Origin: Gemmatimonadales bacterium | GTDB lineage: Bacteria > Gemmatimonadota > Gemmatimonadetes > Gemmatimonadales > GWC2-71-9 | Direction of reading: 5' to 3' | Assembly (NCBI GenBank): GCA_036007005.1 | Contig: DASYPD010000071.1 | Location: 1 to 27,275 of the forward strand | DNA length: 27,275 nt | In this document: one piece after another, positions 1 through 7,819 of the stretch | Layout of the letters: each line of letters starts with the position of its first letter | Numbering within the stretch: position 1 is the first letter of the stretch | Program-made: the position numbers and the translations under genes | Notes under the pieces: generated by a model | What the model was told of the DNA's origin: nothing | Seen by the model: only the letters and a program-made list of their open reading frames with translations | Database searches by the model: none

Positions 1-86
1 GGCGGGCTCTCGGGACCGACCGGGTTAGTCCGCTCGCACCCGGCGAGCAGCGCACCCAACAGGGTCAGCATAATCTGGCGCTTCAT
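1..86 (-). CDS. N-terminus of a putative lipoprotein (runs off the left edge of the window)
   Basis: ATG at 86 (minus) follows a perfect SD, TAAGGAGGT (100-92), with 5 nt spacing. It translates MKRQIMLTLLGALLAG-C-ERTNPVGPESP: basic n-region, hydrophobic h-region and lipobox LAGC. Absent from the ORF track because no stop lies in the window. Confidence 0.8.
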   Translation of the reverse strand, partial: MKRQIMLTLLGALLAGCERTNPVGPESP

Positions 87-91
87 AGAAC

Positions 92-100
92 ACCTCCTTA
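92..100 (-). promoter_or_regulatory. Shine-Dalgarno sequence of the lipoprotein gene
   Basis: The minus strand reads TAAGGAGGT-GTTCT-ATG. Confidence 0.85.
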
Positions 101-374
101 AAGAGCGCCCAAGACAACCGAGTCGGTGATCCTGGGACGCCTCCAAGGAGGATGCGAGATGCGACGCCCTCGTTGGGGCCAGCGACTCGGCGGAACAAAC
201 CCTTTGGAATTCTTGACGGGCCGTAATCCAGAATGAGCACAGAATTGCATATTGCAGCGTCGAAATCAGGCGGCCGATTTTCAATCCTGCTCTTCAGCGG
301 AAAATGCAAATGGTGGCGCGGGACTAACTGCAGAATTCAGGTCATTGTGGTGGGGACCACTCCAGTAGGGGCCG

Positions 375-1502
375 TCATTTGATCATCGTACCGAACACGA
401 ACACCGTTTGGGAGCGGTACTCCTGCCCGGGCCGGAGGATGGTCGAAGGAAACTGTGGCTGGTTGGGAGAGTCAGGATAGTGCTGGGTTTCGAGACAGAA
501 GCCGAAGCGATGCCGGTAGACGTGTCCTCCCTTTCCCGTGATGCTGCCGTTCAGAAAGTTGCCGGAGTAAAACTGCAGCCCCGGTTCGGTCGTGTAGATG
601 TCGAGCGTACGGCCGGTGCTGGGCTCCTCCACCTTCGCCGCGTGCGGGAGCCCCGCGCCCTCCCGCCGCAGGACGAAGTTGTGGTCGTACCCGCCCCCAA
701 AGCGAAGTTGTTGATCGTCCGCCTCGATCCTGGCCCCGATGGCAGTCGGAGTACGAAAATCGAACGGCGTATTACTCACAGACGCGATCTCGCCGGTCGG
801 GATGAGCGTTGAGTCGACCGGAGTGAATTCGTCCGCATTGATCCAGAGCCGGTGATCCAGCACGTCACGCCGTCCCTCGCCTGCCAGGTTGAAGTAGCTG
901 TGTTGCGTGAGGTTGACCAGGGTGGCCCGGTCGGTGGTGGCCGCATAGTCGATGACGAGCTCGTTGCGGTCAGTCAGAAGGTACCTAACCCGCGCGGTGA
1001 GCGTGCCCGGGTAGCCTTGGTCGCCATCAGGGCTGGTATACGTGAAGGTGACACCGGCTCCGCTATCGCCGCGGAACGGTTCTCCCCTCCAAGCCACCTT
1101 GTCGAACCCCTTCACCCCTCCATGCAGGTGATTGGGCCCGTTATTGGTGGCCAGCTGGTAGGTGGTTCCTTCCAGGGTGAAGCGTCCCTTCGCGATGCGG
1201 TTGGCGTAGCGGCCCACGATCGCGCCGAAGTAGGGCGTCTCCCGCAGATAGCCATCCAGCGAATCGTAGCCGAGCACCACATCATCCAGGTGCCCTGCCC
1301 GATCCGGCACGCGGAGCGAGCTGATGATGGCTCCGTAGCTGATGGCACGGACTTCCACGCCGTGCACGTTGCGGAGGATAAACATCTCGACAGTCCGGCC
1401 GTCCGGCGTTTTCCCAAACGGCGCTCGGCTGAGGGTGGTCTCAGATTGATGGGCACAGGTCGCGATCACGAGCAGTGCTCCCGCGCGCCAGGCCCGACTC
1501 AT
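375..1502 (-). CDS. galM: Aldose 1-epimerase (mutarotase) with N-terminal export or lipoprotein signal, 375 aa
   Basis: Motifs GRYANRIAKG, NHLHGG, NLTQHSYFNL, GYDHNF and CLETQHYPDSPN. The ATG at 1502 overlaps the upstream stop (ATGA), which favours it over the track's start at 1826. N-terminus MSRAWRAGALLVIATC. Confidence 0.93.
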   Translation of the reverse strand: MSRAWRAGALLVIATCAHQSETTLSRAPFGKTPDGRTVEMFILRNVHGVEVRAISYGAIISSLRVPDRAGHLDDVVLGYDSLDGYLRETPYFGAIVGRYANRIAKGRFTLEGTTYQLATNNGPNHLHGGVKGFDKVAWRGEPFRGDSGAGVTFTYTSPDGDQGYPGTLTARVRYLLTDRNELVIDYAATTDRATLVNLTQHSYFNLAGEGRRDVLDHRLWINADEFTPVDSTLIPTGEIASVSNTPFDFRTPTAIGARIEADDQQLRFGGGYDHNFVLRREGAGLPHAAKVEEPSTGRTLDIYTTEPGLQFYSGNFLNGSITGKGGHVYRHRFGFCLETQHYPDSPNQPQFPSTILRPGQEYRSQTVFVFGTMIK

Positions 1503-4063
1503 GGAATTCGGTCCCACACCATCAATTCGGTGACTCCGCTCACCGCGGGGCGCTGGTGCTGGAAAACTACCCGGATCTTCCGGGTTCTCACCGGGGTGAT
1601 CCGCACGGTGTTCACGGCCCAGGTCGCGGGGCGGCCCGGCAGCTGTGCCTCTACGCGAGCGTCCGACCAACGCGCTCCGTCCCAGTACTGTACCGTGTAC
1701 CGGCGCGGGGCCTGGACTGCCGCACTGTCGCCCCACAGGTAGAGATCGAGCTGCCGTACGGTGTGGACCTGGCCGAAATCGAGCTGGACCCAGTCGCTCG
1801 AGTGGGGCGAACCATACGCGGTCCACCGATTACGCGAATAGCGCGTGAAGGCGATTCGCAGGTCATTCAGCTGCTCCACCTTGTCATAACGGGAGGTGAA
1901 GGAGGCCGACGGCGTGGCCCCATAGGCGATGTCATGCACCGGTTCCGTGGGCGGCGTCAAGGGTAGCTCCGCATGCGCCCACGCCTCAATCTCGCTGAGC
2001 CCGCTGGAGGCCCCCGGACGGTGGGTGAGGATTATTCGCAGCTTGGCGGTCTGCCGGCGCTCGAACGACACGACGTTCGCCTGCCGTCCCACCGGCTCGG
2101 CCGGAGTGCGCTGTTGAGCGGCAATGTCCGCCCACTCCCCGTCACGCCACCACTGAATCTGGTAGCGCGCCGGTGGCCGGATGCCGGTCTCGTCATCCAG
2201 AAAGTAAAGCTTCACCGTCTCCACCGGGCGGCTCACGCCGAAATCGAGCACCAGCCAGTCCGCTTGATTTCCCGAGCCTTCCGCGGTCCAGCGATTAGGG
2301 GGCGATCGGTGGTACCAGTAATTGCCGTCATTCAGATAAAACGCTGGATGCTCGGGCGCGCTGTAGGACGCGGTGATCCAGGGGTACGGGCCCCGCCCGT
2401 TGTTCACCGCGAGGTTGCGCATCGGGGATGACGCCGCCGCTCTTTTCTCGGGTCCCAAGGCGGCGGTGAGGCGCTGCAGCTTCGGCGCCCTCGCGGCGGG
2501 GCGCCCGTCCACGAGCAGGGTGAGCCCGGCGCCTCGGCGGTATCTGGTTCCGTCCCGATCCCACAGCACGGAGACCGAATGACCGTGATAGGCGACCGCG
2601 TCCAGTGCGAACCAGGGCCAGTCGTCCGGGGCCAGCGGGTTAAGCTCCAGGGTGTCGTCCGCGCGCGGGCGCAACCCCACCAGGCCCGTGATGATCAGGT
2701 CCACGTAGCCGGAATGGAAATAATGCTCGCTGTGATAGAAGGTATTGTGCCCCTCCCACGAGCCGGTGAAGGGGTCTGCGGCCTCAGCGATGTAAGGGCG
2801 ACCGCCGCGACGCTGGCTGCGCGTGTAGGTCTGGAGCAGCCGCAAATAATCGGCTTTGGTCACGTATGACTGCTGATAGTTGTTGAGCAGATTGGCAAAT
2901 GCTACCAGGGTTTGGGTGGTGGCGTAGGGCCAGGAATTGCCGCTCCAGACGCAGCACGTGGGGGAGACGTAAAACTGGGGATCGTGTTGCTCCACGGTAG
3001 TGGGGCCGAACGGGGCCAGAAAGTACTGCGGATCCATCAGGAGCCGCCACGCCGTCTCATAGCCGGGATCCGGCAAGTTGAACTGCCAGGGAACGAAGCC
3101 GATCTCCTCGCGGCCGTGAGCATTGCCGTGGTATGGTCCGGAGCGATAGGTACGAGTGCCGGCGCGGATGCCGCCTTTCTCGTTCCGCGCGAACTGGTGC
3201 AGAAAGAATTGCCGCTCGGGATCCCAGAGCTCCTGCTGTACCCGTTGCTTCAACGCCGAGGCCCGGTCCGCGAATATCCGGCTCTTGGCCGAGTCGCCCA
3301 GGAGCGCCGCGGCACGGGAGAGGGCGAGCTCGTCGGCGTAGAGGTAGCTGTTCAGGGTAGGGCGGTAGCCGTCGGCGCCGCTGCCCGGGTCGTCGGTGAG
3401 TCGGCTGTTGATGTTCACCTCCATGCCATCGTGCAGGCCATCCCAGTGAAACATGCCGTGGGTCGAGTCGAAGCGCTCGGCCACCCAGCCGGCATACTGC
3501 GCCTCCATGTGTGGGAGCACGGTCCGGACGAATCCCGTATCGCCGAGCACAAGATAGGTGGCCCACAGCGCGTCTCCGTACCAGTTGCTGTAGCTGCGCG
3601 GTTGAGCCCCCGGCGTCTCGAACCAGTAGCGCGCGAATTCTCCGACGATGGCGGGGTCTTTGAGCCAACGTGCTTCGTAGAACTGATGTCCGGCTGGGCA
3701 GCTGATGGAGCCGTATGCCCCGGACCAGAAGGGCCGATCAATGAACTCGGTGAAGCTGTAGCCGGTTTCCGGCGACCCGTAGGTAAGATGCTTGGTGAGC
3801 AGTTCCCAGCGGTAATAGTAGGTCGCGTCGATCGCTGTATCCGGGGACTCGAAGAAGGGGATATGGCTCCGGTACCAGTCCCAATCCCGGTTGTCCCACC
3901 AGCTCTGCCGCTGGAGAATCGCCTCCTGGTCCAGGATGGGCGATGGGGTGCGGGAGGGGGTGCCGCAGGCCAGAAGACCCACCGCCAGCGGTAGTAATGC
4001 CGAGCGTGATAGTCTTGCCGGGTTAGGTTCGCTCACTCCTCCGGACCTGCGGCTGCTGCTCAT
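1499..4063 (-). CDS. Exported (lipoprotein-like) six-hairpin (alpha/alpha)6 glycoside hydrolase, MGH1/GH63-like, with two C-terminal F5/8 type C (CBM32-like) modules
   Basis: Signal LLPLAVGLLAC. The catalytic region contains IPFFESPD..YYYRW, HDGME, RPTLNSYLY, LWD, IGFVPW and WSGNSWPY. The two C-terminal repeats share NRWTAxGS...DWxxLDFG and an aromatic strand (YQIQWW / YTVQYW). Confidence 0.8.
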   Translation of the reverse strand: MSSSRRSGGVSEPNPARLSRSALLPLAVGLLACGTPSRTPSPILDQEAILQRQSWWDNRDWDWYRSHIPFFESPDTAIDATYYYRWELLTKHLTYGSPETGYSFTEFIDRPFWSGAYGSISCPAGHQFYEARWLKDPAIVGEFARYWFETPGAQPRSYSNWYGDALWATYLVLGDTGFVRTVLPHMEAQYAGWVAERFDSTHGMFHWDGLHDGMEVNINSRLTDDPGSGADGYRPTLNSYLYADELALSRAAALLGDSAKSRIFADRASALKQRVQQELWDPERQFFLHQFARNEKGGIRAGTRTYRSGPYHGNAHGREEIGFVPWQFNLPDPGYETAWRLLMDPQYFLAPFGPTTVEQHDPQFYVSPTCCVWSGNSWPYATTQTLVAFANLLNNYQQSYVTKADYLRLLQTYTRSQRRGGRPYIAEAADPFTGSWEGHNTFYHSEHYFHSGYVDLIITGLVGLRPRADDTLELNPLAPDDWPWFALDAVAYHGHSVSVLWDRDGTRYRRGAGLTLLVDGRPAARAPKLQRLTAALGPEKRAAASSPMRNLAVNNGRGPYPWITASYSAPEHPAFYLNDGNYWYHRSPPNRWTAEGSGNQADWLVLDFGVSRPVETVKLYFLDDETGIRPPARYQIQWWRDGEWADIAAQQRTPAEPVGRQANVVSFERRQTAKLRIILTHRPGASSGLSEIEAWAHAELPLTPPTEPVHDIAYGATPSASFTSRYDKVEQLNDLRIAFTRYSRNRWTAYGSPHSSDWVQLDFGQVHTVRQLDLYLWGDSAAVQAPRRYTVQYWDGARWSDARVEAQLPGRPATWAVNTVRITPVRTRKIRVVFQHQRPAVSGVTELMVWDRIP

Positions 4064-4205
4064 AGACCGAAGGAATCTACTACGAATTGCAGGGAGCCCA
4101 ATTCCTCGTCAGGCTGGGAAACGAAGCAAGGCGAAGCCCCCCCCATGGCCCCTCGACAATATCCCGGCTAACGTACGGAGTCCCTCCCGGCGAAGCGATC
4201 GTCCC

Positions 4206-6143
4206 GTGACCCAAGTACCTGACCAACTGAGCTCCGTGCTGGCCGGCTCCTATCAGATTGAGCGCGAGCTCGGCGCGGGCGGGATGGCGACGGTCTACCT
4301 GGCCCGCGACCTCAAGCATCTGCGCGGGGTGGCCCTCAAAGTCCTGCATCCGGAGCTCGCCCACGCGCTCGGCCCAGAGCGCTTCCGGCGCGAAATCGAG
4401 ATCGCCGCCCGGCTCCAGCATCCCAACATCCTTCCGGTCTTCGATTCCGGCGAGCACGACGGGATGCTCTGGTACACGATGCCTTTCGTCGAAGGGGAGA
4501 GCCTGCGCGACCGGCTCGAGCGCGAAAAGGAGCTTCCCCTGGAAGATGCGGCGCAGATTATCCGCGAGGTGGCCGACGCGCTCGATTATGCGCACGCGCA
4601 GGGGGTGATCCATCGGGACATCAAGCCCGAGAACATTCTGCTCTCACGGGGCCATGCGCTGGTCGCCGACTTCGGGATCGCGCGGGCGCTGAGCGAGGAG
4701 TCGGGCCGGCTCACCGCCACCGGCATGGCGATCGGAACGCCCGCCTACATGAGCCCGGAGCAGAGTGAGGGTGACCGCCGGGTCGAGGCGCGGAGCGATG
4801 TGTACAGCCTGGCCAGCGTGAGCTACGAGATGCTCACGGGGGAACCCCCGTATGCGGGCGCGACGGCGCGCGCGGTGATGACCAAGCGGATGACCGATCC
4901 CGTCCCCTCGGCCCGCCGGCTGCGCCAGGCGATTTCGCCCGCGCTCGACCAGGCCATCATGCAGGGACTCGCCCCGACGCCGGCCGACCGTTTTGCCTCG
5001 GCCGGCGAATTTGCCCGTGCGCTCTCCGCCGCGCCGGCGACCGCGATGCGGAGGCGATCGTGGCGATGGGCCCTCGCCGGCTTGGCGCTCGCGGCGGTGG
5101 GGGCCCTGGCAATCTGGATATCGAGGCCCGCGGAGTCAGCGCGACTCGCTTCCGGCGCCGCGGCGCACGTCGCCCAGGGCAATGTGCTGCTGGCCAAACG
5201 CACGCCGGAGGCGGTTGGACAGGCCATCGCCGAATACGAAAAGGCGCTCGCGGTGGACTCGAGCAACGCGAGTGCCCTCGCGAAAGCGGGTTATGCGTAC
5301 ACCTTGCTGGTGGATTGGGGCTGGCCTTTCCGCGGCCAGAACATTCCGGAGCTGCGGGCCCGGGCGATGCAGCTTTCGGAACGGGCGATCGCGCGCGATT
5401 CGGGCTCTCCCGACGCCTGGCTCACGCGGGCATATGTGCTGAGCGCCGACGATCCCTATCATCTCCGCGGTGCGGTCGAGGCCTTTACCCGGGCGCTGGC
5501 GCTGGATTCTACGACGGCGGAGGGCTGGTATCAGTTCGGACAGTCGCTTCAGATCCTCGGCCGTTTCGATCAAGCAGCGAGTGCCTACCGCCGGGCATTC
5601 CGGCTGGATCCGAACCGGCCCATGGCGTACATGTCGCTCGCGGCTTTGTCCATGCGGAAGGGCAGGATCGCCGAGGCGCGCGGGCTCATCGACAGCGCGA
5701 TCGCGGCCAGCCGGACGGTGACTAGCCCCTATGTACGCGTGGTGCGGGGACTGATCGCCCTCGCAGGGGGAGACCTGCGCCTCGCGCACGACGAGGCGGA
5801 TCTGGCGCTGGCGATGGACGCGGTGTATTCGATCCCCGCGCGGTCACTGCTCGTCAAGGTCTTGGTCGCCGAAGGCAACCGGGTCCACGCAGTAAGGGAA
5901 ATCGCCAAGCTCCGCGCGCAGCTTGGTAACGGCGCTCCTTCTCCTACCGCCGCTCGCTTCATGGCGAGTGCGCTGGTGAGTCTGGGGGAGAAGCGCGAAG
6001 CCCTGGATCTGCTGGAACGGGCGCGCCCGCGTGGCGCAGGCTTCTGGTTCTACCTGCAGAGTCACGAGTTCGATCCGATCCGCGCCGAGCCCCGCTTTCA
6101 GGAGCTCTATCGTCAGGCGGATCCGACCACTCCGGCTCCTTAA
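4206..6143 (+). CDS. Hanks-type Ser/Thr protein kinase with a transmembrane helix and C-terminal TPR region, about 645 aa
   Basis: LGAGGMATVY, VALK, HRDIKPEN, DFG and GTPAYMSPE, followed by TM segment WRWALAGLALAAVGALAIWI and TPR-like helical repeats. GTG start chosen at 4206; the track's start at 3891 overlaps the opposite-strand hydrolase gene. Confidence 0.92.
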   Translation: MTQVPDQLSSVLAGSYQIERELGAGGMATVYLARDLKHLRGVALKVLHPELAHALGPERFRREIEIAARLQHPNILPVFDSGEHDGMLWYTMPFVEGESLRDRLEREKELPLEDAAQIIREVADALDYAHAQGVIHRDIKPENILLSRGHALVADFGIARALSEESGRLTATGMAIGTPAYMSPEQSEGDRRVEARSDVYSLASVSYEMLTGEPPYAGATARAVMTKRMTDPVPSARRLRQAISPALDQAIMQGLAPTPADRFASAGEFARALSAAPATAMRRRSWRWALAGLALAAVGALAIWISRPAESARLASGAAAHVAQGNVLLAKRTPEAVGQAIAEYEKALAVDSSNASALAKAGYAYTLLVDWGWPFRGQNIPELRARAMQLSERAIARDSGSPDAWLTRAYVLSADDPYHLRGAVEAFTRALALDSTTAEGWYQFGQSLQILGRFDQAASAYRRAFRLDPNRPMAYMSLAALSMRKGRIAEARGLIDSAIAASRTVTSPYVRVVRGLIALAGGDLRLAHDEADLALAMDAVYSIPARSLLVKVLVAEGNRVHAVREIAKLRAQLGNGAPSPTAARFMASALVSLGEKREALDLLERARPRGAGFWFYLQSHEFDPIRAEPRFQELYRQADPTTPAP

Positions 6144-6144
6144 C

Positions 6145-6759
6145 TCATACCGGCGTGAGGCGGGCGGGCCGCTTCCCCCGCCGGACCGCACCGGCCAAGC
6201 GTCGATAGGCCAACTCCTCGTTCTGGCGCGCCGCGCGCAGCAGCAAACCGCCCCGGCTCATATCGCCCCGGCCCACGAAGGACTCGGGAAACTTGAGTCG
6301 CGGTCCGAACACCCGCTGCAAGATGCCGGCATACTTGTCCGTCGCGATGCTGCCGAGCAAGACCACCTCCGCGCCGCGACCGAGCAGCGCGGCGAGCTGC
6401 TCGGCGTCCCGCTCAAGGGGAATCCGGTAGGCCGGGTGCCCGGGATCAATGGTCCCACGGGCCATACTCCGCAGATCCTCGAGGGTGACACGCTGATCCG
6501 GTGAGACCAGCCCCCGGTCACAGGTGATGACGCGGATCGCCGAGCCGGGCTGCGCGAACGCGCGAGCATAGGCGAGCTTGCCCCGGAAGTAGAGGCCGCT
6601 CAAGAATGAAAAGACTTCTCCGACGGGCTCGCCTTCGGGCCCACGGATCCGCAGCGCGAGCGCGAAGCTCGCGCGGGGCGAAAAGAGGATGCGGGCTCGC
6701 CGGCCGGACGTGCTGGCGGGCGAAAGCAGGAAGATGCGGCGGAGTCTGAGCGGCTTCAT
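6145..6759 (-). CDS. Conserved hypothetical protein, 204 aa (possibly YaaA-like)
   Basis: Fills the gap between the kinase and the REP element and has globular composition. Motif-like blocks LLSPA, FSFLSGLYFRGKLAYA, VVLLGSIATDKY and FVGRGDMSRGGLLLR, which I recall from a conserved uncharacterised family. Confidence 0.75.
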   Translation of the reverse strand: MKPLRLRRIFLLSPASTSGRRARILFSPRASFALALRIRGPEGEPVGEVFSFLSGLYFRGKLAYARAFAQPGSAIRVITCDRGLVSPDQRVTLEDLRSMARGTIDPGHPAYRIPLERDAEQLAALLGRGAEVVLLGSIATDKYAGILQRVFGPRLKFPESFVGRGDMSRGGLLLRAARQNEELAYRRLAGAVRRGKRPARLTPV

Positions 6760-6791
6760 GCGGCTGCGCGGGTTAGGGAACCTCTGCCTGG

Positions 6792-6861
6792 GTCATTGCG
6801 AAGAGCCGAAGGCGACGAAGCAATCCAGATCGCCACGGGCGCTTCGAGCCCTCGCGATGAC
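6792..6861. repeat. REP-like palindromic doublet (CGTC/GTCATTGCGA-type extragenic repeat)
   Basis: GTCATTGCGA (6792-6801) and TCGCGATGAC (6852-6861) form a 10-bp inverted repeat with one mismatch. Inner arms are GAAGCAATC and GATCGCCAC, and there is an internal hairpin GGGC-GCTTCGA-GCCC. Confidence 0.8.
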
Positions 6862-6885
6862 GTGTGCTTCGCGCCCCCGCGACGG

Positions 6886-7794
6886 CTAGCGGCGGTTGGT
6901 CTTGTCCAGCGCGGCGCGGAGGCCGTTGGCGAGCTTCACGGCGTCGTCATTCGCCCAGAAATGCATGAAGAAGAGCCGAGGGGTCTCACCCAGCATGTGA
7001 CTGTGGATGGCGGTGACCTCGATGCCGTTGTGCCGCAGCGCCTGGATGACGGAATTGACTTCGCTGTCGAGCAGCACGAAGTCACCGGTGATCGCGGCCC
7101 TGGCTCCGGTGGTGGGCTGGAAGTTGATCGCGGTGGCCACACCCATCGCGGGCGGCACCTCCATCCCTTCCAGCGTGATCGACTCGGCGCGCGGAACGCT
7201 GAGCTGATACACTCCGCCGTTCAGTTTGCCGGCAGCACCGACGGCCCGGCTGATTTGCGCGGTGTCGAGCGCGAACAGTGCGGGAGCCGGGGACGCCGCC
7301 GCTGGGTTCTCGAGCGGGGTCTTGCTGAGCGCTAAGGCGGCGCGCACCGCGGCGGCGAGTCTGGCGGGTTCCCCGCGGCCGGTGATGTGCATGTACAGTA
7401 CCCGCGGCGTCTCGTGCAGCACATGGTTGTGGAGCGCGGTCGGCCGGATGTTGCCGTCCTGCAGCTTGCTCATGACCCGCGCGACTTCGGCCTCGGTGAG
7501 CACGAGGTCCCCCATCAGCATCGCTTCATTGGGACCAGTCTGTTTGAAGGCGACCCAGGAGCCCAGCGCGAAAGCCGGCTTGAGCCGGACTCCGCTCGCC
7601 ATCACCCGCAGGTCGCTGCGGGGCAGACTGACTCGGTAGACGTCGCCGGGTTGCAGCGCGCCTGGCCTGCCGAGCGCCTGAGCGACGGGCTTCCAATCGA
7701 GGGCCTGGCGCGCCGAAGCGAGCTCGGCGGCGAGGCAGCTGAGGACGACGACGGTGGTGAGAATCACTCCGATGCTTCCGGCCCGATTCAGCAT
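6886..7794 (-). CDS. Secreted tandem DUF1259 (LppY/LpqO-like) domain protein
   Basis: Signal-peptide-like N-terminus and two internal repeats, each with GDxVL...TAxHxH...PRxxxMH. SD GAGGGAG precedes the ATG. Confidence 0.85.
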   Translation of the reverse strand: MLNRAGSIGVILTTVVVLSCLAAELASARQALDWKPVAQALGRPGALQPGDVYRVSLPRSDLRVMASGVRLKPAFALGSWVAFKQTGPNEAMLMGDLVLTEAEVARVMSKLQDGNIRPTALHNHVLHETPRVLYMHITGRGEPARLAAAVRAALALSKTPLENPAAASPAPALFALDTAQISRAVGAAGKLNGGVYQLSVPRAESITLEGMEVPPAMGVATAINFQPTTGARAAITGDFVLLDSEVNSVIQALRHNGIEVTAIHSHMLGETPRLFFMHFWANDDAVKLANGLRAALDKTNRR

Positions 7795-7819
7795 GGCTCC
7801 CTCGAAGTTCAGCGGCGGA

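Noticed and set aside
234-256. Possible sigma54 promoter (TGAGCAC..TTGCA)
   Set aside because: There is no GG at the required -24 position relative to either TTGC.
25-309. 94-aa minus-strand ORF from the track
   Set aside because: It runs through the SD and start of the lipoprotein gene in another frame and has no motif or clear SD.
347-360. Hairpin GTGGT-GGGG-ACCAC downstream of galM as a terminator
   Set aside because: The stem is only 5 bp and there is no U-tract on the minus strand.
3891-4205. N-terminal extensions in the track ORFs (kinase from 3891; also galM from 1826, S9 from 19426, CDF from 22005)
   Set aside because: They overlap neighbouring real genes. Downstream starts give coupled junctions or family-typical N-termini.
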